From contig JAQGDQ010000382.1 of NCBI GenBank assembly GCA_030141605.1, positions 1 through 64,000 on the forward strand: a stretch of DNA of 64,000 nucleotides, written 5' to 3'. This stretch comes from Tubiluchus corallicola (taxonomy: Eukaryota > Animalia > Priapulida). A model generated the notes under the pieces. That model was not told the DNA's origin, did no database searches, and worked only from the letters and a program-made list of their open reading frames with translations. Numbering within the stretch: position 1 is the first letter of the stretch; the number at the start of each line of letters is the position of its first letter. Both the position numbers and the translations under genes were made by a program. This document shows, piece by piece, positions 24,420-42,475 of the stretch.

Positions 24420-24880
24420 GTATACTCTAAAATATTGAAAACTACAATGTTTTTTTAAATCAAAGCTTAGATTAAATAATAATCACCTCGGATACTCAAA
24501 TTTTGTTAAACTTTGAAAGCTACACGTGGCTCAGTGAATCCACTCAGACTGGGTGTGGCGCCTTTTTGCTACATTCTCGTGGCCGACAAATAGGCACGGT
24601 ACCGTGATAAGCATGATCATGAACTGCAGTGTTCGTCTGTGACTTCAGTGTGATGTAGACCCCATTAGCGTCTTATAGCAATCTTTGCTAACGTACTTGG
24701 CGCGCAGAGAAGGTGCCTACCATTGCACAAACTGTGGTAAGTTTGTGACGTAGCGATAGCTTCTTTCTGTTGCCCTTAATTAACGTTCCAATGTAATTAT
24801 ACAAATATTATAAACAACTGCTAACTTTTATATGCAATAAAATATATATTTTTTACAGTAAATTAAAATGAGATTGAGTC
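24420..24880 (+). mobile_element. Interspersed repeat, probably a DNA-transposon end; direct sister copy at 60700-61180
   Basis: Shared ctctaaaatattgaaaactacaatg, aaatcaaagcttagattaaataataat, ggtaccgtgataa, catgatcatgaactgcagtgtt and ccattgcacaaactgtggt; both copies end at gtaaattaaa(a)tgagattgag. Confidence 0.85.
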
Positions 24881-24983
24881 CAATGATGTCCAGTGAGTAA
24901 AAATTCTAAACTAAACTCTATACTATCGTCTTGTTATTAGTTTATGTGGCTTATTATGCTGATGTTGGCAGGTCGACACGTGT

Positions 24984-29972
<4,989 letters not shown>

Positions 29973-30557
29973 AATGAGGGAAAGATTGATTTCAACTTTC
30001 CGCCATCAGAATTCATGTTCAACAAAGTAAACAAGAATTAGACTGCAGCGTCACTTAACAGCCTGCATTACAATCATCATGTCAGATATTCGTATAATCA
30101 TGTGCACTATAAGACACATATCTTTGTATACAAAATTAATTTACCCAAGTTAGTCTATGTGATTTATAAAGCGAAAAAAGTGTAGCGTAATAGATAGGAC
30201 GTAATAACTATTTTTTCTTATAGGCCTGATTATTAAAGATGTAAACGCGGACTATTTACGAAATTATGCCGCCTTTAGAAGGCATCGATTAATTATAATT
30301 CTCTCTTGACAAGTGTAAAATAACAAAAGAAAGTTTTGTAAACTATACATAGCATGTTTTATAGCTTGCTTTTGTCTAAATATTTCCTTAAAGTTGTTCT
30401 AAAAAATAAAACACATGAAAGTAAATCGACTTCAGCTATTGATAACCCGTTGGTCGAGAAGCATAATCTTTTTCATTGCCTTGCGTCAGATTTTCAGTGC
30501 TTCGATTCAGAAATAAAGTTAAGCAATTTTTTTACATTCAAACACAATAATTAGAAA

Positions 30558-31323
30558 CTAGCAAAGGCCCCGCAAAAAATTTTGCTTATAAATACACTTA
30601 TAATCAAAAATACGCGAGTATTCTACATAGTCCTCATTTATAACGCAAAGTCAGTAGCTTTTACTGAATTAAAGTTATAAGGTTATAAGCAGAGTATAAG
30701 GGATGACGTCAGAATAATGGCTTTGCATCAGAAGTTTTCCAAGCGAAAAATCACCCGAAATGGAACTTCCAATCAACTCGTCACAGCTGCTCACGGTGGA
30801 AGCGTCCTAAAATGCAGCCTACATCAACGTGCAGTCCTGTTTCTCCTCTTTCTAAAAAGCTATATATCTCTGTTCGAGAGTTCCACCAGGCGCCGCTAGA
30901 ATGTTTTTTCTACAGAATGTTTGACCAAAATTTCAAAAAAATCCGGAGTTGGGTTCGGGAGAACGCACGTTCCGTGGTGCCGTGATCCTTCTGCGAATTC
31001 TAAATATGCTTACTACACCCATCGTTGAATGGGGTATCTAACCATTACTAACACCGCCACCGGCACGTTCACGTTCTCTAGAAATAAGGGGTATACGTTT
31101 TGCAATTTTTTGCAAAAAACGGCCGAAAATGGCCATTTTTGGAGGTTTTTCGCCTCCCGTTCGTCCCGGTGGGCCTGGTTCGAAAACTAAACCCCCATTG
31201 GGACCACACTAGATCGAGACCTTTTGTTTGAAATATAGATCGCCGCAAATGGTGCCGTCGGCGGAACTGTAGCCTCGAATCTTACATATATTAAGTCCAT
31301 ACCAGCGAAATTAATATATACGA
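30558..31323 (-). mobile_element. Non-autonomous Helitron, ~766 bp
   Basis: Minus strand 5'-TCGTATATATTAATTTCG...GCAAAATTTTTTGCGGGGCCTTTGCTAG|T: TC start, subterminal hairpin, CTAG end. The 3' signature GCGGGG...GCTAG is shared with the 9026 element. Confidence 0.7.
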
Positions 31324-31659
31324 CGTAATTTAACAGTAGAATTCCCTAAGACAAATTTCCTTGTTCCGAATACGTGCTGCCATCTGTTGTCGACTTACTA
31401 AAACGCATCTTTAGATGTACAAACATACTAAGTTCTCGCAAGGCTTAAAGGCCCTGGAAAACATTCACGAATTCAAGATGACTATTGATTCATACGTTGT
31501 CCAAATCATGTGCTAATTTTAACATTGTTAGTTAACATAGCAGTTTAGTTATCATAGTTAAGAAAGTACATTTAACAGTATATACTTCCTATTTGATGTT
31601 GTTTAGTTCTGTGCTTTATTAGGGACTGTATTATAAAATGCAAAATGCAAGAATTACTT

Positions 31660-33045
31660 TACATGCTCCTTGCTTTCTTTACTTCTCCGAACTTTCTTTA
31701 CTTATTTACTTTCTTTACTTCTTCTTTACTTTCTTTACCTCTCCTTTACTTTCTTTACTTCTCTTTTGCTTTCTTTATTTCTCCTTTACTTTAATAATTT
31801 TTCTTTGCTTTTCTTTTACCTTCTTTAATTCTTCTTTACTTTGTCTACTTCTCCTTTGCTTTCTTTACTACTCTCACTTTCGTTATTTCTCATTTACTTT
31901 CTTTATTTCTCCTTTGCTTCTTTAACTTCTCGTTTACTTTCTTTACTTCTCTTTTACTTTCTTTGCTTCTCTTTAACTTTCTTTATTTCTCCTTTATTAA
32001 CTCTTCTTTTCTTTGCTTTTCTTTTACTTTCTTTAATTCTTCTTTACTTTGTCTACTTCTCTTTTACTTTCGTTACTTCTCTTTTACTTTCTTTACATCT
32101 CCTTTGCTTTCTTTACTTCTCTTTTACTTTCTTTGTTTCTCTTTAACTTTCTTTACTTTTATTTTTTTTTTACATTTCTTTTACTTTCCTTAACCCTGTT
32201 TTACTTTCTCTACTTCTCTTTCACTTTGTTTATTGCTCTTTACTTTCTTCTCTTCTCTTTTATTTTCTCAAATTCTCCTTTACTTCTCTTTTACTTTCTT
32301 ATTTCTCTTTTACTTTCTTTACTTCTCCTTTACTTTCTTTACTTCTCTGTAACTTTCTTTATTTCTCCTTTACTTTATTAACTTTTCTTTTCTTTGCTTT
32401 TCTTTTACTTTCTTTAATTCTTCTTTACTTTGTCTACTTCTCCTTTACTTTCTTTACTTCTCCTTTGCTTTTTTTGCGACTCTTACTTTCTTTACTTCTC
32501 TTTTACTTTCTTTGTTTCTCTTTAACTTTCTTTACTTTTATTTTCTTTACATTTCTTTTACTTTCCTTAACCCTGTTTTACTTTCTCTACTTCTCTTTCC
32601 CTTTGTTTATTGCTCTTTACTTTCTTCTCTTTTCTTTTATTTTCTCAAATTCTCCTTTACTTCTCTTTTACTTTCTTACTTCTCTTTTACTTTTTTTACT
32701 TCTCGTTTACTTTCTTTACTTCTCTTTTACTTTCTTTGCTTCCCTTTAACTTTCTTTATTTCTCCTTTACTTTATTAACTTTTCCTTTCTTTGCTTTTCT
32801 TTTACTTTCTTTAATTCTTCTTTACTTTGTCTCCTTCTCGATTACTTTCTTTACTTCTCTTTTACTTTCTTTTCTTCTCTTTTACTTTCTTTACTTGTCT
32901 TTTCTTTCTTATTTCTCTTTTACTTTCTCTACTTCTCCTTTACTTTCTTTACTGCTCTTTACTTTCTTTACATCTCTTTTACTTCGCTTACTTCTTTTTA
33001 CTTTCTCTACTTCTCCTTTACTTTCTCTACTCCTCTTTTATCTTC
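31660..33045. repeat. 1.4-kb pyrimidine-rich degenerate satellite (tttacttct/ctttt units) with a ~377-bp internal duplication
   Basis: Very few G on the + strand; ctttccttaaccctgttttactttctctac recurs with taaccctg at 32191 and 32568. Confidence 0.92.
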
Positions 33046-34137
33046 GCGCCTGCGCAATGGCGGCTCTAGACAGACAAATTTCCATTATTGGTTTTTACAG
33101 AAAGTTTCAGTGAACAATCCCATGTGGATTAAATGATTAGTTAGCAAGACCTAGTTCGCTTCAAACATTTCCCTTTCGTTATTAAATGAGCATTCTTCAA
33201 AAAATATTGGAATTACCGAAAACCCCTATGCAGCACAAGTCTAATTCACTTTAGATGTGAGTGAAGCTTCAAAATTAATTGCAAATGGCATTACGAATTT
33301 GTTGCGCTCGTTTGTGTGGTTACAGCACGACAAAAATGCAGGAATTAAAACTTCATGTTAGGTTTAAAGAACAACCACCTGTTATGGGACGCACTTTTTT
33401 TGGCTAGGCAGACCCTGCAATTGGTGAAAACACACAAGTTAATATATCACCTGTTTTAGTCTTCATTTTTCGCACATATGTACTTATATGTCAGTAATCA
33501 AAAACCATGTTTTTTCACAGGTACTTTCAACTGTTTCCGCACATAATAAAAAACCTTGTTTTTGAAGAATTAGGTACACCTGAGACTACCTTGGGTACAC
33601 TATGAATGATTTATTGTGTACTGTCTGTGTGAAAATGGTCGCAATTAATAATTTTTGAAACAAACAACATGAACAAAGCTTGGATTAGAACCAGGGACTT
33701 TAGATTGCAAGCCTGGCGACCACTAGACCACACAGCTAGTTGTGATGAAGCTGTACCTTAATTCAATCTTAACAACTTTACAACTATTTCTCCCACCAGC
33801 AGTAATAGAACTGGGTTTTTTTCCTCTAGTTAGAAGCCCTTTCTAAAGAACTTCTTCCACAATCATACGATTTTTGTGAATGCAACTCACGGCCAGACAA
33901 ATTGTGTTATCACTACTGAGTCGCGCGCAATACACTGTGAGATTCTACTTTCTCTTCAGATTGAGAATCGTGATGAGATCATCTGTTTGAAATCTGACGA
34001 GTTCGTTTGTTGCTTAAGGACGTCAGCTTTAGACACAGCAATTCAATTATTTAAGGATAAGGTCAGCAATTAAGAGAAAATTTAAACAAAGAACAAAAGC
34101 TTAAAACTTGTTTTTGATATATAATGGCGCCTTCGGG

Positions 34138-34369
34138 CTAGCCTGTTTTATCTATCGAGTTTTCTTCTGAGAGTAAGCTCACAAGAGTGAACAGCTTTGC
34201 GAGAACTGTCGCGAGTTTTACTGTGTGTGAACTCGCGCCTTCTGTCGGAGAGAACTCGCAACAACTCTCGGAGAGTTTGCAAAAACTTGTCTTGCCGACA
34301 GAATTCGCAAAGCCGTTCACACTTAGGAGTTTACACTCACAAGAGAAAAATCGTTAGTCTGAATGCTAG
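34138..34369. mobile_element. Palindromic MITE-like element
   Basis: Imperfect long inverted arms: gagagtaagctcacaagagtgaacagctttgcga versus tcgcaaagccgttcacacttaggagtttacactc; ctagc/gctag ends. Confidence 0.55.
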
Positions 34370-36595
34370 TTTGAACGTAAAGAAAGTTAGCTAATTCACT
34401 GTATATTGTAGCAAAAAGGTTACAAAAAATGAATTTATCATTGTTCTCACAAAACGGGTTATTTTTTCATGCAAAAATTTAGAAATAAGGCTTGGTTTAG
34501 CTTTGCAGAACTGCTGTTCCATACTATCTCACTCTAAATGTTGGTTAACGTCTTTTGTGTGCAAGGTTAGTTGGCTGATTTGGTTTAGTAAAATTTCTCA
34601 AAAATGAGTTGGACTAATGACTGAGGGTCAATCAACCTGCGGTACACATAGTCACACTTTATCAATTTTATGTTTGACTGTTAATCTCTGTAACGACTAA
34701 CATCTTGTAACGAAATACAAGATCTTTAACTAGTTGCATTCCTTGCATTTCTGACAGAAATCTTGTTTTCTACTTCAGTTTTTATCAAAGTCTTGACTGC
34801 AACAAGCTTGGGCTACTGTACACTATTAGAAAATTACATCGTATCTTCTGCTAAACGAATTAAAGCCTAGATGGGCATGTTCATATCCAATTTACGACAA
34901 CGTAGACTAAATAATTCATGTAACATAATCACTAGTTTATCGTCGACTGAAATTCTGTAATGGAATTACAAACTTTTGCTGCGACAGTTAATATAGAATT
35001 AAACAAATCTTAAACGAATTATGGTCTCTTAACAATTTCGCTCTAGCACAAAAATTATCGTTACCGCAGGAGAGCTTTTTTAACAAGATTTTGTTTGATT
35101 TATTAAATCGCGAATTTTCCCTTAATGCGGAAGTAGTAACAGAAGTTCAACGAAGAAAGATTTGTGAAATAGAAATGCAATTTTTCTCCATATTATTTAA
35201 TCTTCACATCTCTGATTTACAAAATAAAGAATACAAGTTTGTATCATTATGGAGTGATTATATCTTACTTGAATTTATCCTTAAATTTCTATGGACACAT
35301 ACTAAAAATTGGACATTTCACCGCGTAAACAAATATTTGTGGTAGAAGAGATTTCACCGTTTTATTTAGTTATTTAGTTGTTCATAGTAGGAACCACAAG
35401 AATGTATATATATATATATAATATTTTCCTCAGTCAATTCCTTTGTTCTGATGAAGATACCATATATCTAAATTAAATTTATGTTCAAATATACCTGCTG
35501 TGTGTGTGTTTTTCTCTAGTGTTTTTGTTACTATATATATATAAATGTAGACCCTATCAACAATTTATGCTATGCGTTTGGCCAGCAGTGTTAGAGTAAC
35601 AGAAATATGCAGTTCTGATGAACCAGTAACATTGAGATAAACTTTATTAACAACCGAGTACTCAAAATTTTGTAATATTGTAACTAAATGAAACGCAGAC
35701 ATTCAAACTGCGCTGAGCTGATGTGTCATATTTTCAATCTATTAGAGTAAATAAAATAATAATAATATTTCACCAGTAAATGGGTAAGGATGTGAAGGCA
35801 GAGAATAAGCCTTGTTGTATTGTAAAAAAACTAGCGTCCTTTCCAAACGTTATGGATTACAATTAAGTTTTTTTATAAATAATTTTTTTTTAATCTTGCT
35901 TGTTCGCACATGCTTACACTTTTTTTGTAAAAAATTGGTTGATACTTGACTTTCATATTATCAGGCAAGAGTCATCTTTACGATATAGTAGGCTTAGAGG
36001 CACTCTCTGTCTCTACATCCGTAACCGTTCTTGATGCGAAGGGTTATACAGGTGCTAAGCTGAGAAAGAACAAGTATCGTCTCTGATGGTTTTCACATGA
36101 CATGCCATGCTGCAGAGTTTTGCCCGCAGCCTGGGTTATTGCTGCAACCAGTTAGCTTAAACAGCTGAAGTGTTCTGGAAATACGGATGCTACTTTTTTA
36201 ACTCAAATGTTGGTTAGCGAGTTACGTTCAATATTTGTACTAATTTGGATATGAAAGTTTATTCTTAGACTAACCGCTTACTGCCCTGAAAGAATCTATC
36301 ACTTCACGATGAAACCTTGTTGCGCGTAACGTTAAACCTTTAATAGCATTATAAATAACTATAAATAAGAAATACGTGGCTGAAAACGCTATTTCACTTA
36401 CTTTAAACACGTTTGCTGTTGCTGTATTTGTTATAATCGTTAGAAAAGCAAGCTGGCCATGTCCACTGGTAACAGTATCGCAGGTACTTCTGCGTACCAT
36501 TCTTTCTAACTAGGGGAAATATTTTAAATTAACAATAAAAAATGTAAAATTTCAAAAATGATGTTTCAAACACTTTCATGTAAGAATAAAAAAAA

Positions 36596-37235
36596 CTAGA
36601 CACAACAATAACGACATCGCTATGCTATCGAGGTGACCACACATCGGAGTGAAATAACTCTGCTTGATGAACCTCGGAACAACATTACAAAAAATAAAAC
36701 TTTGATTTGATCATTTTATTCATTATCAATTAGTGGTCGTGTCACAGTTTACCATTCATTGTCAACAATCTGCTATTTTTGTGTCTGCGTTAACTGCGTC
36801 AACTTAGAATTTCTTTATCTGTAAAACTTTATCTAATTGAACGCCCATCACACTACAGTACACAGTTTAACGACTGTCACAGAATATGCTTGATGTGCGA
36901 TAAATGCCACTACTACTGCTTTTGAATTCTGATTCAGATAGACTAGTACAGTCAGTTACACTTACATTTACCTAATGTCCATGATAATTAATCAATTAAT
37001 CCACAGTGCACTGAGGTTTGTCCTGCTTGCTGACAAACATGGCAAGGCTTTTACATCAGACCTTGTTGCTTTCAAACGAATTATTATAACAGTTAAACAG
37101 AAAACGTTTTTCCTGGCCTGCGATGTCATAATAACGCAATTAGATTTCCACGTAATATACCTAATAATCAACGTTAATAGTTTAATGGAGTATTATTTAT
37201 CAAACGTAAGTAATGTTCCACTATAGACTACTAGA
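36596..37235 (-). mobile_element. Probable non-autonomous Helitron
   Basis: Minus strand A|TCTAGTAGTCTATAG...TGTGTCTAG|T with an imperfect hairpin (catcgctatgctatcgagg on +) near the CTAG end; the 5' end resembles that of the 9026 element. Confidence 0.5.
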
Positions 37236-37249
37236 TTGTTGTTACAAGT

Positions 37250-37630
37250 GACTTGAGGTGGTAAATCCTCTTCGACTTTTACTGTTACAAATGGTTACGA
37301 CAGGGGGCTGTGCTTTCACCACTATTGTTTTGTATGTATATTGATGATCTGCTTGTAGATATGTCAAAATCCAGCTTTGGGTGTTATGAAGATAATATTT
37401 ATAGTGGCGCTGTTTCTTATGCTGATGACCTGACTCTGCTTGCACTTGGTGTTAAGGCATTGCAAGAAATGTTAAAAATATGTGAGGCTTATGCTACAAA
37501 ATCCAGTATCACATTCGTTAACATACAATGCAGTAAGATCAAAAGCAAATGCATTGTCAAAATGCTCAGTAAGACAATGATAAGGAACGTGTTATTACTG
37601 ACGGTCACACAATAACTTGGTGCAATAAGT
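37250..37630 (+). mobile_element. Non-LTR retrotransposon (LINE) reverse transcriptase fragment
   Basis: VRQGAVLSPLLFCMYIDDLL...GCY...GAVSYADDLTLLA contains the RT QG/LSP and YADD motifs; disrupted on both sides. Confidence 0.88.
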
Positions 37631-38931
37631 CACTTGGAAATATATATTATATACATTCTGAAAAACGCATGGCATAATATATATCTATTTCTATATATCT
37701 GTATATCCATATATATATTGGTTGTAATTACTTTCCAACTTTGAGAATCACAAAAACTATGGCAACAACTATAAAATATACATTCTGAAATATACATACA
37801 ATCTACGTATATACATTTGAAAAAGTATGGCATTTGTTATACCTTAATAATAATAATCATAATAATATAATTAATGTCAGCTTTAAATTCAACAGATAAA
37901 CAAACCTGCTATGAGGATTTATCGCCGATTACAAATGACAAACTACATCTACATTAACACAATTTTTTATAAGACCCATTTTTACCTCAACAGGTAAAAG
38001 TTGTTGTGAAATAAACTGCAATGGTTTATGAACATTTTGACATTCACAGTCATAATGTAATTAATGATATCGTTAATTATCACCTAATTTGAAAAAGTCC
38101 TCGTTGTGTTCACTATTTTCAATACAAACTAGAAGAAGGCGTCTCCTCTAATTACCGATGCAGTTCCTCTCTTCTTTAAAGAGTATTTGGTCACAACACT
38201 CAACAAATTTTGCTCCTCTGTATCAAACGTCTCTGTGCGGCTGTCATGCACTTTCTATTGAAGCAAATTCCTGATATCAGAGAATTATGACCCATTTTTT
38301 GTTGATAATAAATTTCAATCAGTGCTTTATTTTCTGTGCTGTAAACGAGTCAGATTTCTTTATTATTTTACTTCGTGTATTGAGCGGTCAATAAGATCAA
38401 CGTGTCTGCTTTTCAATGGATTAGCTGACATTCTTCCAGCATTAATTTTTTACATGCACATGATTTTAACTTAAAAACCAGTAAAACTATAAACTTGTAA
38501 CTTTCGCAGCTAAAAGTTAATGGACAGTAATATCGTGCCGTTTAATTTCAACTTTGTGGGGCAATAGCTTCTGATATTATTGGTGTCTAAACTTCGGCAC
38601 ATTTTTTCTGTGCCGCACGATATATATAAAGGTTTCATTTCACAAAGGCGGCAATTTTTGTGGGAATTTGATGACAGTTTTCAGGGTCAAATGGCCGGTC
38701 AATGTTAATGGATATATTATTTTTGTTTTTTCTTGCTTTAGTGTTTTCTTTACTTTAACTGGTGTTGCTTCCATCTAAAATTCCATCTAAAACTGGTATA
38801 ACTTCAACTATTATAATTTAAAAAGCTCCAAAATTTAATAATCATTTATCTTTTAACTGGCACTTGTAAGTAGCCTTGGCTCTTTGTGCTGTTAGACGTA
38901 ATCCTTCATGCGTAAAATATATAAAATTTTG

Positions 38932-38934
<3 letters not shown>

Positions 38935-38962
<28 letters not shown>

Positions 38963-39850
38963 GAGTTTATTTCGCATAAAATATGCAGCTTACAAAGACA
39001 ATAGGATGTCAGTAAAACAGGTAATGTGATGTTAGTAAAGTAACATATCTGCAGAAATTCAACATTATACTATCCACTCATTTCAGTGCTCGTGTAAATA
39101 TATTACAATATACGCTGCTACAAAAATCCATAACAAGCATGTTAAAACATCTTTAAATGAGTTTTTTACCTTTAATTTTACATTTTCGTTTAGACCTACA
39201 GTACAACATATTTAATCTTAAATTTACTTTACTGTTATTTACATATTAGCATAGCTTTGGAGTTCTCAATATGCAAAACTTTGCAATTTCTCTAACAAAA
39301 TTAAATTTTCGACTATCTATTAAATAAGTCGCAGGCATTGTGCCACAAAAATACATTAACAATTTGACGCTTTCATTTTGTCTAAAACCGAATATTTTTC
39401 TATAAGCTGTGTTCCATTTTACCCTAATGGCACTAACTACATTGTTTGATATTCCCCCAATTTCGCATCCCTCTAACAAATTTGGTAGACAATAGGTATT
39501 GTCCAGAGTCTTAGCTACTATTTCATTACGATTATGGCCCATACTTGAAAGAATATTATTCACGGAGCCAATAAAAACTATCACTTGTCAAAATATCACA
39601 ATCCAAATATTTTACTATCTGTTTCCAGATCAGCTGTTTACCGCAAAAACAGATTACACCCTCTCCAGTCAAGCTTTTGCCAAAATAAAGAAGATGTTTT
39701 GTTAGGATTAAATGAGATACTCCATTCTATACCTTATTTTTCACAGATTTTAAGCATTTCACGTAAGTGTCTACATGACACTCACAACAAGGCAATGTCA
39801 TCAGCAAACCTGATAGTGCCCATAAAATTATCTGCCACATAACAAATTAT
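38935..39850 (-). mobile_element. 5'-truncated LINE 3' end (RT C-terminal region, 3'UTR and AAT tail)
   Basis: Minus strand CYVADNFMGTIRFADDIALL* then FIGSVNNILS...YCLPNLLEGCE...WNTAYRKIFG; ends aataaactcat(aat)n. Confidence 0.8.
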
Positions 39851-40988
39851 GGGCTGCATATACATTTTATCGTCTTTACATATTTTTATACTTCCTTTTG
39901 AATATTTTTAATATTTTTAAATAAAGATTGCGTATTAAAATTAAAAAATAAATAAAAATTGAATTTATGATTTTTCTCCCTTCAGTTCACACCTGTAGTC
40001 ATATCTTAATATTTTATTACACTTTTTGTCTCAAAGAGTATTTCATTTATCATGCACGTATCTAATAGACTGACTACATAGGACTACTTGTTATACGTAC
40101 ATATTTCCTGTGCATGTTAAAGCACAAGAAAACCCTCTTCATAAATAAAGCTTAAAAAATTCGCCTTGAAATTTTGTATCGCGTCGGAGTTTGCGTTAAC
40201 AATAATGCTGTATACAATTAGTAAATTTAAACTCCCCCTATGCCGGTTAGGTGCAGCCATTTTGAGAGCAAGTCGTTTGGAATAAGCTTAGTTTGCATAA
40301 AGTATGAAAAATAATCAGTGCATTAGCAGCACACTCTTCGCTAATCAAGAAAAAGTTCATATTACTTTACATTGTCAATAAGATCAATAATGTGTTTTTG
40401 GTGAATCAATGGCGCACACTGGGATGGCGATGTAGTGCCTTTTTACCAGGTGGTGCGATTATTTTAAATTATTAAAAATTTTCTTTTATAATTATATAAG
40501 TCTTTCAAACAGGTAAGCGTAATGCAAAGTTAAATAACTTTGTATGGGTAGTTTCTTGGGACGTACCTTAAAATAGCCCTTTCATTCCCCTTAAATGTCT
40601 GACGAGACACAAAATGCGATGTGGGATGCAAAACGAAGTGCATCGTGCTTAATAGATTTTTGTCAAAACTGCGTGAGAGACAGACGCCTGAATCTCATCC
40701 CAGTTATTTGTAAATGCGACTTTTTGCTTTGTTAGTCTAACTTCGATGTAATAAATGAGATTTAAGTTAAAAATTTGAAGAAATTTCTTCATATTAAGTG
40801 ACTGTCAAGATTTTGCAAGCCTAATGTGTTGTGTGTATGTCCAATCTCACTGTGTTCAGAAATTTCGCTATACATTCCTGCATGTGACCAAATATTTCCG
40901 CCACAGTTTCATTACTTAAAAGGGTCCAACTGTCAGGTGATCAATACGTTTAGGTTTATGTATGTCCAAACTTTACTGACATCTTTAA

Positions 40989-41345
40989 CTCCTTCAGGAC
41001 TGCACCACCCAAAATAGGTCTTATAAGACCTACGACTTTTCTGCTACTGTATATACACAGAAGTAAATGATTATCAAATAGGTACTGTTTTGTTCGGGAG
41101 AAACGCGGCTATCCAATCATGGCATTTGTTTAAACATTTATACATTATTCAACAGGATAAAATTGAAAAAAACACGCCCTTCTGAGGCACTCCAACGTAA
41201 AATATCGAGTAACCTAGTCTGGTGTACACTTGCGTGATCTTACACACTATTTTTTGATCACCTGTTTGCTACTGTAACAGCTCAAGTAGGCTGTTCCAGC
41301 TAAAGCCAACCGAAAAGCTAAGGGCAAATTAACAAGTTTCACCAT
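40989..41345 (+). mobile_element. Partial copy of the 48715-49426 element
   Basis: Shares aaaataggtctta.aaga.cta.gacttttctgctactgtat, aggcactccaac, tagtctggtgtacacttgcgtgatc and aagggcaaattaa; preceded by TTAA. Confidence 0.75.
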
Positions 41346-41905
41346 TGTATGAAAGATCTATAGCCGCTCTGATATAACGATTCCCATCTTATTCTCTTTA
41401 AGCGGGCAACTAAACAGTCGCGATTAAAACTGCTAAATAGTGCAGGTTGTCGATAAGTAGATTTTATACAGAAATTGTGTTTAATGGTGCTGAAAATGCG
41501 CTTACGACTCCTCCGCGCATTGCATCGTTTAAGCCGCTTTCCTTTACAAAACAGCTTCTGTGTTTCAAGCAAGTGCAAACAAAACCGTTAACGGCCACTT
41601 AAATCAACAAAGAATAAAAACTCAACATACGAACCGGTTAGGCTACTGGATACTGACTTTTCGAAATACAATTTTGATTGGCATGAAAATTACGCTGCTT
41701 TTGGGTAAAATTTCGATACAAAATGAGGCACTGAGGTAAGAAGTTAAAAGTAGAACTTGATAATATTCTATCACTGTTATCACTGTTCTTGATAATTTTG
41801 TTTTGGTTGTATTAGCTGACTACAATTGAAGAGGAAAAAAAGAAGAAGAAAACGGACAAGAAGGAATGGAAAAAAATAAAAAACAAGGACAATGAAAATA
41901 AATAT

Positions 41906-42475
<570 letters not shown>

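Noticed and set aside
31638-33113. F/L/S-rich membrane-protein-like ORFs
   Set aside because: Translations of a pyrimidine satellite, with similar ORFs overlapping in several frames.
33675-33740. tRNA gene on the minus strand (also 48140-48220 and ~50755-50800)
   Set aside because: A- and B-box-like motifs are present but no complete cloverleaf; these are decayed SINE heads or pseudo-tRNAs.
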